From Eledone cirrhosa (Eukaryota): DNA of 64,000 nucleotides. Every line of letters starts with the position of its first letter. Position 1 is the stretch's first letter. Both the position numbers and the translations under genes were made by a program. Positions 52,185-64,000 of this stretch are shown in pieces. A model generated the notes under the pieces. The model was not told where the DNA came from. It made no database searches and saw nothing but the letters and a program-made list of their open reading frames with translations. The stretch covers positions 100,936,001 to 101,000,000 of the forward strand of contig OZ024745.1 in the NCBI GenBank assembly GCA_964016885.1. Direction: 5' to 3'.

Positions 52185-52550
52185 GAGAGTTACGACCCTT
52201 TATTGTCTGAGGGTCTGAGTTCAAACGCCGCCAAGGTTAGCTTTGCCTTTGATCCTTACGGACTCGATAAAATAAAGCACCAGTACTGTACTGGAGTCGA
52301 TTTAATCGACTTTCCCCTCCCCTTGAAATTGCTGTCCTTGTGCCTAAAGTAGAAACAATTATTATTATTGCTTTGCAGCAATGAGTTACGGCCCTTTATG
52401 GTCTGAGTTCAAATCCCGCCGAAGTTAGCTTTGCCTTTCATCCTTACGGAGTGGATAAGAGAAAGCATCAATAATGTACTGGGGTCGATTTAATCGACTT
52501 TCCCCACCCCCAAAATTGCTGGCCTTGTGCCAATATAAGAAACCATTATA
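52185..52550 (+). mobile_element. Two tandem tRNA-derived SINE copies
   Basis: GAGTTCAAA..GCTTTGCCTTT..GATAA..TCGATTTAATCGACTTTCCCC..CCTTGTGCC occurs twice, about 190 bp apart. Confidence 0.85.
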
Positions 52551-53755
52551 ACTATTCTTCTCTTCAATTTAAAGTTAATATTCCTATAATCCTTAAGAGT
52601 CCTTGTATATTACATATGTATTTTCGTAATATACAAATATTCTGTGAAAGAATAATTAGTTTTGAGCAGACTTTATAATACCAAGTAACATCTTTACTAG
52701 ATAAAATATTTTATATTTATAGAATAAAGGAGTCTTTTACTAAATGGCAGCAAATATGCAGGGACATAAGAATTTTCAGCAGTATATTTTTCCATTATAA
52801 ATTGTCAATCAGTCTAAAATATTTCAATGCGATGTTTACTAAATTCATAGGATTTTGAGAAAAAAATAATTGAGAAAAATAAACAAAGGCTGGATGTTAT
52901 ATAGATTGCTAAAAAAAAGTGTATTGTTTTTTAATTAAATAAATTTCGCAGGTGTCTTAACAGATGTTTAAACAAGTAAAAAATAATATTACTAATATTG
53001 AATAAAATCAATATGTAAAAAAATATATAAAATTAAAAAAAATATGAAATTGGGTATTGTTCTTTATGTTGATAGAAAGTATCGTTCAGATATGAAGACG
53101 TTCGTTACCACTTCTGGATCACATTTCATTTCTGGTTAAAACAAGAAAAGTTATTTAGTACAGCATTAAATTGATCCTGTTGTTGACAGTCAATGTGGTC
53201 GCTAGTCATTTTTATTTTTTTGTAATAATTCTGAGTCTATTACACGAACTCCATTCCAAATACTAAGCAAAAACATCTTAAGAGAATACTTCTCGTACAC
53301 AGTATAAATATTCTGCTAATGAGAAAGGTGCTGTAGCAGCAGTATCGGACAAACGTTTGTAGCGTTACGTTCTGGTTTTAATTCCCATCCCATTAGCGTA
53401 GAGATTGCTTTACCTTCTTCAAAGAACGTTGAAATTAGTAACCGACAAGAATTGGGGTCGATGTTGGACGTCCATATACTTTAAATTGGTAGAAACAGGG
53501 GAGCCTCGGGCAAAATGCTTTACGGTTTCTTTTTCGGCTCCCCATGTTCTGAGTTCAAATAAAACTGGAGTCAACTTTGCCATTCATCCCTTTGAAGATG
53601 GTAAATAAATTATCCGCCCTGGGAGGATGATTGGCTATAGGGCGATTGATAGGCGGAGTCATTTGAGAATTCGTCGAGATGTCATCTGGTATTTGTCCCT
53701 ACTTTGCCTTCTGAGCTCAAAATTCTGTCGTAGCCTCTCTCTCTCTCTCTCTCTC

Positions 53756-53829
<74 letters not shown>

Positions 53830-53962
53830 TGCGTGTGTGTGTGTGTGTGTGTGTGAGAGAGTGTGTGCGTGTGTATAGATAGAGATATATACACATATAT
53901 AAAAATATACACACACGCGCACATACATATATCCACATACATATACACACATATATGCACAC

Positions 53963-54017
<55 letters not shown>

Positions 54018-56034
54018 CATATAATCAACTGGAAATTCATGTATTATTCACTCCCTTAACTGAGATACTTTACCAAATGTCAATGGCTGGTGAAAGGATA
54101 TAGAAAATGTTTCTGAGTTGATTCTGTTAGAGGGGGAATCATTCCCTATTATAGCTAACGACATAATCAAATACAATCAATATAATCTGGAAAAAAATGG
54201 TAATAGCTGTCCATGACAGCAAGATTCAATACAGGGAGTAAATAGGAACAAGAGGAAATATGTTAGTTAGTCGTAAAGAGCGGGGAGTTCTAATGTTTCG
54301 GAGAATGCGCTTCGAATGGAGGAACTGAATTTTCAATGAAATTCTCTGCCCGAAGCGATATCCTTATTTCCTATAACATACTGTTTGATTTTTTCTTTAT
54401 ACCTAACTTTAGGTTGTTATCAATGTTGCATCTACCAAAATTTAAAGAGCGTTTGAACCACTTGAACTCATTTTCTCACCCAGCATAACTTTGCTATATT
54501 TTCGAATATTATATGCAGTTTCATTTACAATATTGATTTTTTTTTTTTTTTTTCAGGAGGGTTATTCTAATAAAATATCCACGTGTATAATACGATAGAA
54601 AGCAATGGCTAGCTGAATAACCAATATTCATATAGTATAACGTGATTGCTAATAGACATAAGATGTATTGTAAGATACGATAGAAATATTTTCCAAGTCG
54701 TATATCACAGTTTTGTAGCTAGATATCTGAAATTTTGCATACAGCCACAGTTTTTCAATGATATCACAGCCTACGTGACTTTCTGTGAAATGTTCTCTTT
54801 AGCACTTTACAGAAAAACGAAGATTATTGCAAGTACATGGTAGACTTTCTGCCTTTAAGCTAAGAGAATAAATTATTCTCTCACCTTTATTTAAAATGTT
54901 CTCCTCTCAACAGTAACTACACGCAACTTGGACTGTGAATTAAACGGACTATTAATACAAATATAGTTTCTTGTTATTACTATTCCCTCGGTTGTACCGA
55001 AGAAATAGTAAGTACGAAACGTTTCTACGTTAACAACAGGGAGTTCTTGAAAAACTGACTGGGAAGACTAATTTTGCCTCTATTTTTCAACTTATGAATC
55101 AAATACTATTAATAAAAAATGTTTATTTCTTGAAATGATCGTATCCATCTTCTTTACCAAAAAAGACTGAACTTTGAGAGGGAAAGCAGTTTGAAAAATG
55201 TTCAATCATGTCCACCACACAACTACCTTCGTTGTAGCCACCAGGCAGAGAACGATTAACGGCCCTGCCTTACTCGACTGATAGCTGGATCAGGCTTGCG
55301 TATCATATCAGCTGTTCAACTTAAACTTTTAAATGTGTAGTGCACGGTCACTGATCACGTGCATACTGGGAGGTTTCATCACTGTATTTATCTCGGGCAG
55401 GTTTAGTTTCTGGCGGATTCAACACGGCAATGCTAGTAGAGTTTATCTCAAGCACGCAATGTCCCGTGTAGCACTACCTGACCAAGGACCTTTGAAAAGT
55501 GTTCATAATCCTGGACCTGAAAACCATCCACAAGTTACTATTTAAACTGTTCTTGTCGACACGGAGAATTGTTCTGGAGTTAACGTCGATAGAACATGCA
55601 GGTTGAAATTTCACCGCCAAATTGTCCAACTGGTTCAAACATTACGGTTGCCAAACGAGGAACCTTGGTCAGTACTTGATCCAGAACAGCTGTGCAGTCA
55701 AAGAAAGTGAGTTGCAGAAAAAAACATGTCTCACAAACGGAGGCCACGCATACTCATTGTTGTCTTCCAGAAGTTTATGTAGATGTTGCAGTCTGTCTGA
55801 ACACCATTGACCACATAATTCTGAAATCCCATGAAGTGAGCATTGAAATATGCTCCAGTTTGGTCAGAATTTTTCTAGGACAAGTTACTGGAGACTAGCA
55901 AAATTAAATTCTGTTAATCTTATTTCTGAATGACAGTCATCAGTCTATTCCTTTCACGAAGAGGAAGAAGAAAACAAAAAGAAAAAAAGAAAAAAGAAAA
56001 GAAAAAGAAGTACAAAGTAAAACAAAATAAATAA

Positions 56035-56222
56035 TTGTTTCTACTTTTGGCACAAGGCCAGCAATTACCCAGAGCATTACTGGTACTTTATTTTATCGAC
56101 CCCGTAAGGATGAAAGGCAAAGTTAACCTCGGTGGGATTTGAACTCAGAATGGCAAGGGCCGAAACTCTATACGTCAAAGCATGGCATCCGACCCTCTAC
56201 CGATACTGCCAATCCACCGCCC
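56035..56222 (-). mobile_element. tRNA-derived SINE, near complete
   Basis: Reverse complement of the family consensus from GGCGGTGGATTGGCAG head to CCTTGTGCCAAAAGTAGAAAC tail. Confidence 0.85.
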
Positions 56223-56295
56223 AAAATAAAATAATAAAAGAAAAAAGTGGTAGGTAAATAACAATTTGAAAACAACGAAACAACGTACTATTTGA

Positions 56296-56429
56296 TTGAT
56301 GGTGATGATGGTGATGATGTTAATGTTGATGGTGACGATGATGATGCCGATGATGGTAATGATGATGATGATGTCGATGATGATGATGATGACAACGACG
56401 ATGACGATGATGTTGATGATGACGACGAC

Positions 56430-56461
<32 letters not shown>

Positions 56462-56465
56462 CGAG
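56296..56465. repeat. (GAT/GAC)n trinucleotide microsatellite
   Basis: Direct inspection. Confidence 0.95.
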
Positions 56466-57111
56466 GAGGGGTAGAGGGGGGAGTAGGAGGGGGAGAAGGA
56501 GAAGGAGGGAAGGCAAATATTGAGGAAACGGGAAAAAAAAGAAAGAAAGACGTTATTGAATGATGGAGATATAGAAATGTGAGTGTTATTTGTATATTTG
56601 TAACACAAGAAGTTAGAAGTAGCCAGAAGCCTCAAAATAAAAGACATGAAAAACTTGTTTATATCGGTGATGAGATGAAAATGTCTGAAGTGGTTTCACT
56701 AAGACATCTGCTAGGGCAAGTCTAATTAATATTTTCCTCGGCGTTCTATTGCTGCTTTTTAGAGAGTACAAATATAGCTATTTGCTCTTTCAATTTAGTT
56801 ATAATTTCTTCGTTTGTTAAATAAGAAGACTACTGAAGATGGCTACTTTTGGCTTTATGCTTATCACGTGGTCAGGTCAGTTCCCACCTTCTTCTACCCA
56901 TCACCAAGCAGAAACAAGAAATAGAAGTGATGATTTAGTCATTCGCCCACTTAATCACTCAATCATGCTACTACAGACATTTTTTCCGTTCACATTCACT
57001 CATCCAGACATTCACCATCCCCCATATGTATATATATATATATATAATATATAATATATATACATGTATGTGTGTGTGTGTGTATATATATATATATGTA
57101 TACATATATAA

Positions 57112-57152
<41 letters not shown>

Positions 57153-57269
57153 GATTATCCTTATATATATATATAGATACAGTATATATATAAATACACG
57201 CACATACACTAATACATACACTAATTCCTTCGCTCACGTACACACATTTGTTCTCACACTGGCTTATCC

Positions 57270-57321
<52 letters not shown>

Positions 57322-58919
57322 TAATCCACTCAGTCACACATATTCCCTAACATCACCAAGAATATAGATTAATAAAACATACGTTCCAAGCATACAAACA
57401 CCTCACCATTTATTATTATGTTTTCTCATTTCATCTCATGCAACATATTTCTTAGAGTTAAAACATTTCACAAACGTATTCATAGACAAGGAGAGGAAAA
57501 GGTATGTTGTTGCCGGCATAGCAGTGTGGTTAAGAGGTTTGTTTTGCAACACCGTGAATCGGAGCTTATCCCGCAGCATAACATCTTGAACAACTTCACA
57601 CAAGTTTCCGTCTTTTTAGATCTCCTTAGCGAAGAATATGTTTTATTGCACTAGCCGAAGTAGTGATGATAGTAGATTGTAGGATAGTATACAAGTATAT
57701 GTGACAAATTGGCATATTTAAAAACAATAATCGCCGAGGGTAATTGCGTAGCTACACACGGCTTTGCTACACACGCACACATACACACATGCACTAACAT
57801 TCAAACATACGTTCCTACTTTCAAATGTTAAGGGGTTAAACCCGAGATTTCATGACTGAGTAGTGACCTTCTTAACCATTTGGTCATGCTACACACGCAC
57901 ACATAGATACATATAACATGCATTTCATTCACTCTCATTCAAACACATAACCTTATTAACAAGACCTATGACAGATGTAAGTAAAGGGTGCATTGTACCC
58001 GGGCTCTAGAATATACTGGGATCTCAGCAAATGTCTGCATGTATTGAAGTTTAGCATTCTCAGATAGAAAGAAAGAGGCCCATATAATAAAGATTAACAT
58101 TTTGTAAAGCAACCCTCAGAAGCCCTGTATGTTTGTCTGTACTAATTGATTTGTTGAAGCACATTTTTATTTCTTTTACAACGTGTTCATGGATATATAT
58201 ACACAAATATAGACTTATACACGTGTACACTCACCCAAACATACACAGGCATACATCTACGCACAATGATTTTCACTGGATAAGTATAAAATCCTAAATT
58301 ATCCACTTACACAAGTTAGTGCATTAAGATGAAAATCAATTTATCAGCTATTATGGCACGCTAAACAGGAAGCTTCTTGAAAACAACTGAAACGGGGAGG
58401 ACATGAAATGGCAGATGGAAAACAAATTAAGGGCAACTAAATGAATAGGACAAAGTTAAATACTATAATTTACATCCTACTTTAACTTTGATTGATATTT
58501 ATTGATTAAGTATTTTGTCAAAATATTTTCGATATTTCTACAAAATATGTTCAACATCTTTTAAACAGCTTTTTACATTCTCGTTGGCAAAACGTTATGT
58601 TACTTTGACGCGGAAAATGAAGCCAAATTTATATGTTGCTACGGCGTGAGTTCGGGTGGGGATCAAACTTATTGTAATTCTATTTTGTTATTGTTTAGAT
58701 ACCCAGTTTATCGATCCTAGCTAAGTCAAAGGCGGCGTTTTCTTCGTGATCATCCCATACTTTAATATATCAGAGACTACAATTTCTAACGTATTCTTCT
58801 TTATTTTACACAGTTATATATATACACACATACATTCATACATGTGTATGTGTGTGCTCGCGTTTGTGTTTGCATGCGTTTATGGTCAGTAATGATTGAA
58901 ACACGTAAAAGCATGAGGG

Positions 58920-59125
58920 CAGTAGATTGATAATATCGGTAAAGCATCGGGCCACAGGCTTCATGGGTTACGACCCTTTACGTTCTGAGTTCAAATACCG
59001 CCGAGGTTAGCTTCGCCTTTCATTCTTACGGGGTCGATAAAATAAAGTATCAGTAATGCACTGGGGTAGATATAATCGGCTTTCCCCTCCCCTTAATTGT
59101 TGGCCTAAATCAGAAACCATTATTC
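58920..59125 (+). mobile_element. tRNA-derived SINE
   Basis: GAGTTCAAATACCGCCGAGGTTAGCTTCGCCTTTCATTCTTACGGGGTCGATAAAATAAAG. Confidence 0.8.
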
Positions 59126-60191
59126 ACTTCACATTAATCTTTTCGATTAAACATAAATAAAACAATAATTTATTATATACTACAATTATATAAAGTTTTT
59201 CATCGAGTTAAATATTTCTAATAATCTTCTCAACAAAATTTATGCCACGCTGAAATCATTCTTCATTTCTATTAGGATTAACCACGAGAGAAACATTATA
59301 TAGACAAAAGAAACGGCAAGAAAGCTGCAATAAAAATAAAACATTCATCTTGGATAAATTAGATAAAAGTATGAAACTACAATAACAACAAATTTAAATA
59401 TTCCACTACTTGCATTGACTAGATTTGATTGACTTTCAAGTGTTTAAACTTCTTAAGTTACACATACATGATTATTTCTAAATTTCTGAGTATTGCAATA
59501 CTTATAGAAGTAAGGATGAAACAATATGTGTGTTTCTGCAAAGGAAACATCAAATTATATTTATTCTATGAAATCAATGTAAACCAGTGAAACACTTGAA
59601 CATTATTGAACGTGAGCTTTCTTATTTTATGAATAAGTAGTTATATACATTCCTTTGCGCTAACATCATTAGCATATCACTCAATTCGTGGATATAATTG
59701 CATTTTATCATTTAGAAAATAAAATTCTACCACACTATTAAATTCCTCGCACCAGAGATAGATCACAAGAATCACAAGCTTGCTTAGCTTTATATTTACG
59801 ACTGTGATCATTTTGTAAAATGGGATACATCAGTTAAAACAATTCTTCAACTGACAACTATAAAAGCAGCTATAGAACTTCAATTCACATAAGATATCCA
59901 GGTTATCCTCCATGTTAACAAGACATCGAAACGCATTGAGATCAATTGTCAATCATATAAATCTTCCATTGGTATTAAATCACGTTTTCATTATAACCAG
60001 AACATTGATGCTTATAAAGAATACTGATGCTATGCTCTATGACAGATTGAGAGAAGGCTTCGAATAATATCAGTTAATGATTCTACTATTCTCGTCATAA
60101 ATTGATAGCAAATTATACTAAACTATACAGATGGAAAGAAAAGAAAACGATACTTAAAACAGAAAACTAGAGAGCATTAACATTTGATAAG

Positions 60192-60510
60192 ATGGAATAT
60201 GCTGCCAGAGCGGAGGCCGCTTCCCGAAACATGCTGCTCTCAACGGCATACTGGAACCTGGATGCAGCCGACTTCCCATCACAACTGGAGTCAGCAAGCC
60301 TTGACCGCGGGGACTACAAGCACCCCGAAAAAATTACCGTCTTCCCTTTCGAAGGAGGTAAATCCCTCATCTGGGACACGACATGCTGTAACATGTTCTC
60401 CGTCTCCAACATCATCGCTTCGGGCACAAATACCGGTGCCGCGGCTCACAATGCAAAGGACAGGAAAGCAAGCAAATACCTCAGCTTGTCTGGCTACTAA
60501 TTTGCACCAT
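60192..60510 (+). pseudogene. Restriction-like endonuclease remnant of a CRE-like non-LTR retrotransposon
   Basis: LDRGDYKHPEKITVFPFEGGKSLIWDTTC...S....GAAA..AKDRKASKYLSL resembles the CRE RLE pattern (RPDGxT..P...GK.L.WD.TC...AA..AE..K..KY), with catalytic residues decayed. Confidence 0.7.
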
Positions 60511-60819
60511 AGATGTAACTTTTTCCAAGTAAAAAAAGTGAGGGTATTTGTGTCTACGGAATTTTATTAAAAGATTAAAGACATTATTTAAATATTCACT
60601 TCTTTAAAATTTCAAATGTCAACACTTCCGGTTATACGTCATTCCTCACTTTTTCTTATAACGTCGTACAACATTCCTCTCTTTTTCTTAGTCTGTCTTT
60701 TTAGATTGATACTTAGTTATAACGTAGCGCCGTTATAATATGTATCTGTATGTCTGCCTGTCTGCATTAGATAACGTTTTTCGAAATATTTACATCTGCG
60801 TTCACAGACGGATTTTTTT

Positions 60820-60870
60820 AGTTTCAGAAGATCCCGTTAAGGGTGAAAGCAGCGATTATTTGCTTAAACT
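60820..60870 (+). ncRNA. Type I hammerhead-like motif with CAGAAGA core (family C, best copy)
   Basis: AGTTT CAGAAGA T-CCC-GTTAA-GGG-T GAAA GCA-GCGATTATT-TGC TT AAACT; all three stems pair. Confidence 0.65.
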
Positions 60871-60929
60871 GTAATCTGTTATTTTAATATATATATATTC
60901 GTGTACTTTATTTCACGAAAGCACAGACG

Positions 60930-61823
60930 GCTTATCGTCATTGTTGCTGTTCGAGGTTAGAGGACTACAGTCTTTCCAAGATCTGAGAACCATCAATGGC
61001 CATCAATGTTCCACTTACCGTTTGGCTTGCCGTATGCGTGGTATGTTACAAGATGACAGCCATTGGCACCTCACCCTGCAAGAAGCAGCAACTGCTAAAG
61101 TCCCTTCTCAGCTGCGAAAACTTTTTGCCATTATGCTGCACAACTGTGATCTCGTCGACCCTCTTGCACTGTGGAACAACCACCGTGAGTGGAAGTCTAG
61201 CTGAGGACATCCTCCACCGCACACGCAGACACAATCCAAACGTAACATACATTGTCGTTTTCAATGAGGCGCTCATTTGTCTTGAAAACAGTGTCCTGGA
61301 GATTGGTGGTAGGCCTCTAAGTCACTATAGCTTACCTGCTCCTGACAGGAGTGTCCAGAGGTCAACGACTAGAGAGCTTCTCCATGAGACGAGCTACGAA
61401 ATCAGTGATTCTCCCATGGTCAATTGTATGTAGGATGCTCTAGGGTGAGCTCACCAAACAATCTCTTCATCTTTGCTCCGGAGGGCCGAACAAAAGATAT
61501 TGTATACTCTGAGGCTCTAACAATGTAATTTAAATATTTTCTGTTACTTGGAATTTCCATTATGGTTGTACAAATTATTGTTTGTTAAAAAATGTGTTCT
61601 CTGTTCGGCCTTTATTGTTGTAACTATCAATTTTCTTTAACGTACTGGCTACTGAACTGGGGAATCCTAAAAACTATCCAAACCCAATATGAAAGCACGT
61701 TACCCCCGCCCCCTCGCTGACTTGAGAGGGCGTAAGGTATCTTTGCACTGGAGTGTAGGAGGGATTCCTGAAAAGATAAATGCCGGTATACCTAGCTGAG
61801 CGCCAGCCGGACGGGCCAGCTAG
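60930..61823 (+). mobile_element. Internally deleted Helitron (Rep/Hel fragments and 3' CTAG end)
   Basis: LLL.VRG..SF.DLRTING....TYR.AC...G.LQDD.HW..TL.EAA....P.QLR.LFA (Rep-Hel linker), fused to PIF1 motif VI FSHGQLYVGCSRV...TKDIVYSEAL* (61409-61528). GC-rich hairpin region then CTAG|T at 61820-61823. Confidence 0.88.
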
Positions 61824-61855
<32 letters not shown>

Positions 61856-62204
61856 ATATATTATATATATATATATATTATATATATATATTAATATATA
61901 TATATATTGACTGTGTGTGTGTGTGTGAAAGAGAGAGAGAGAGACAGAGACAGAGAAAGAAAGAGAGAAAGAGAGACGTTTATTTTGTGTATATGTCAGT
62001 TCGCGCGTTTGCGCATGCGTGTTTAATTTCTACGTTTCTAAGCGAAGGCATTTATTTGGTTATATGCGCGTAGGAATGTGTACATTCCTCTTGACAAATT
62101 AAAACCTATGAAAGTGTAACAAGTTTTACATACGAAAATAGAAAACAAGAGAACGTGTGTTGTAACAATACCAGTAGCATACAGACTGATAAATGCATTT
62201 TAGA

Positions 62205-62781
62205 CTAGCAGTGGTACCCGGTGTTGCACGGGATAAGGCATTTTGTAACACGGGCCGCCAACAGACCTAATCGTGGAAAAACTGCATACCTGGACAATAT
62301 GTAAAGAAAATAAACCGAATACTCTGATGGCTGGATAATCTTTAAGATTTTTCTCGATGAAGCAGGAAAAATGTAGCTTTTCACCTAGGGGATCAAGAAA
62401 ATTAATTTTTTTATGTGCATAATATGCCTTGAAATTTCGGGAAAATCGGCTAGACGTAACGCCTCAAAAAAGCCCTAAAAAGCTGAAAAAATGAAGTTTT
62501 TAACCTAATGCGGGCCCTAGGCCATAAAAAAGTTGGATTTTCCTTGCTCACGGTATGAAGAAGAGACTGACTAATACATAGTTACAATTTCAAGGAAATC
62601 GGTCTGTCGTAACGCCTCAAAATAACCATAAAAAGCTAAAAAAAACGCAGTTTTTCACCTAATGCGGGCCCTAGAAGATCAAAAAGTTGAATTATTTTAT
62701 GTGCATAACACTCCCTGAAAAATAAGTAATACACATGTAAAATTTGAAAAGAATCGGTTGGGTACTTCTCGAGTTTAAGGG

Positions 62782-62876
<95 letters not shown>

Positions 62877-63164
62877 TCCTCAGGGACGTGACGTAAAGCA
62901 GACAGACAGATATACAGACAGATATTATAAGGGCGCGACGTCATTTGTATGTATCTATCTACAAAGAGAAAGACTAAGAATTATAGAGACAGATCGCCAA
63001 ATCGCCTAGGGCATTGAACATTTGAAATTTTCTTTGCTCAGAACACTCCCTGAAACATAAGTATTACATGTGTAAAGTTTGAAAACAGTCGGTTGGGTGC
63101 TTCTCGAGATTTTAGAGATTCAAACTCACATACACACAGACATCCTCAGTTTTATATATATAGA
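62205..63164 (-). mobile_element. Non-autonomous Helitron
   Basis: Minus strand starts A|TCTATATATATAAAA and ends CCCGTGCAACACCGGG-TACCACTG-CTAG|T. Internal duplicated segments (62705-62885 and 63040-63150) and a (CA)n tract. Confidence 0.8.
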
Positions 63165-63309
63165 TAAGTTAATCTAGTAACATTTAACTGCCGTAATCTC
63201 ACAGCTATTATTTCAGTGTACAGTGTGGTATATTGTATTATCGATAGCAGCATGTATGGTATATCAACTGCAACGGCTGTTGAAGCTGTAGCATGTATAG
63301 TAACAGTGA

Positions 63310-63800
63310 CAGTGGTGACAATAACAGCAGTGGTAGTCATGAGAATAACGGCAATGGTGGTCGTGAGAATAACTGGTGAGATGGCCGTGAGAATAACAGC
63401 GGTGGTAGACTCGAGGATAACAGCAATGATAGCCGTGAGAATAACTGGTGCGATAGTCGTGAGAATAACAGTGGTGGTAGACGCGAGGATAACAGCAATG
63501 ATAGCCGTGAGAGTAACTGGTGCGATAGTCGTGAGAATAACAGCGGTGGTAGACGCGAGGATAACAGCAATGATAGCCGTGAGAATAACTGGTGAGATAG
63601 TCGTGAGAATAACAGCTGTGATAGTCATGAGAATAATAGTAGTGATGATAGTCGTGAGAATAACAACAGCAATGATAGTCGAGAGAATAACTGCATTGAA
63701 AGTCGTGAGAATAACAACTTTGATAGTCGTGAGAATAACAACTTTGATAGTCGTGAGAATAACAACAGCAATGATAGTCGTGAGAATAACAGCAATGAGA
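63310..63800. repeat. 24-30 bp minisatellite (GATAGTCGTGAGAATAACAGCAAT-like)
   Basis: About 18 units, all multiples of 3 in length, giving spurious ORFs on both strands. Confidence 0.92.
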
Positions 63801-64000
63801 CGTATCAACAGATGGATGCATCAACAGCTGCAGTTATTATACCAGCACCTTCTGTGACATTGGTTCATGTCACTGGTCACGAGATCACTAGCACAAACTT
63901 AATTCTAGATCAGGATTCGGGAACCTCTTTAATATGAAAAGCGAGTGTAACCCCCCCCCCACCACCCCCCCCCCCCGCACACACACACTTCAAATCAAAA

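Noticed and set aside
55200-55900. Higher-complexity segment that might be an exon or old transposase
   Set aside because: No ORF over about 70 aa and no recognisable motif; needs a translated search.
63152-63857. Repeat-protein ORFs on both strands
   Set aside because: By-product of a minisatellite whose unit lengths are multiples of three.

Overview
AT-rich, microsatellite-dense animal DNA with no supportable host protein-coding gene. The dominant tRNA-derived SINE family (..GAGTTCAAATCCCGCCGAGGTTAACTTTGCCTTTCATCC..GTCGATAAAATAAAGTACCAGT) suggests a cephalopod, probably Octopus (inference). Mobile elements found: a near full-length R4/Dong-type non-LTR retrotransposon (RT, CCHC, restriction-like endonuclease; 19361-22988) with a tandem truncated second copy; a decayed Penelope-like element with the Naiad-type CxCx5C linker and GIY-YIG domain (28890-30748, minus); and remnants of RTE, Tx1/L1, CRE-like, mariner and Helitron elements. 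There are two large satellites (38 bp and 20 bp units) with higher-order block duplications. The most notable signal is non-coding. Short elements sitting in (TA)n tracts carry at least five sequence-distinct families of type I hammerhead ribozyme motifs, including a family with a conserved CAGAAGA core variant and a head-to-head palindromic ribozyme pair. There are also fold-back elements that keep only the GAAA/stem III half, and a terminally redundant unit with a tRNA-like cloverleaf where a ribozyme would be expected. All folds were derived by eye, none is experimentally tested, and many element boundaries are approximate.
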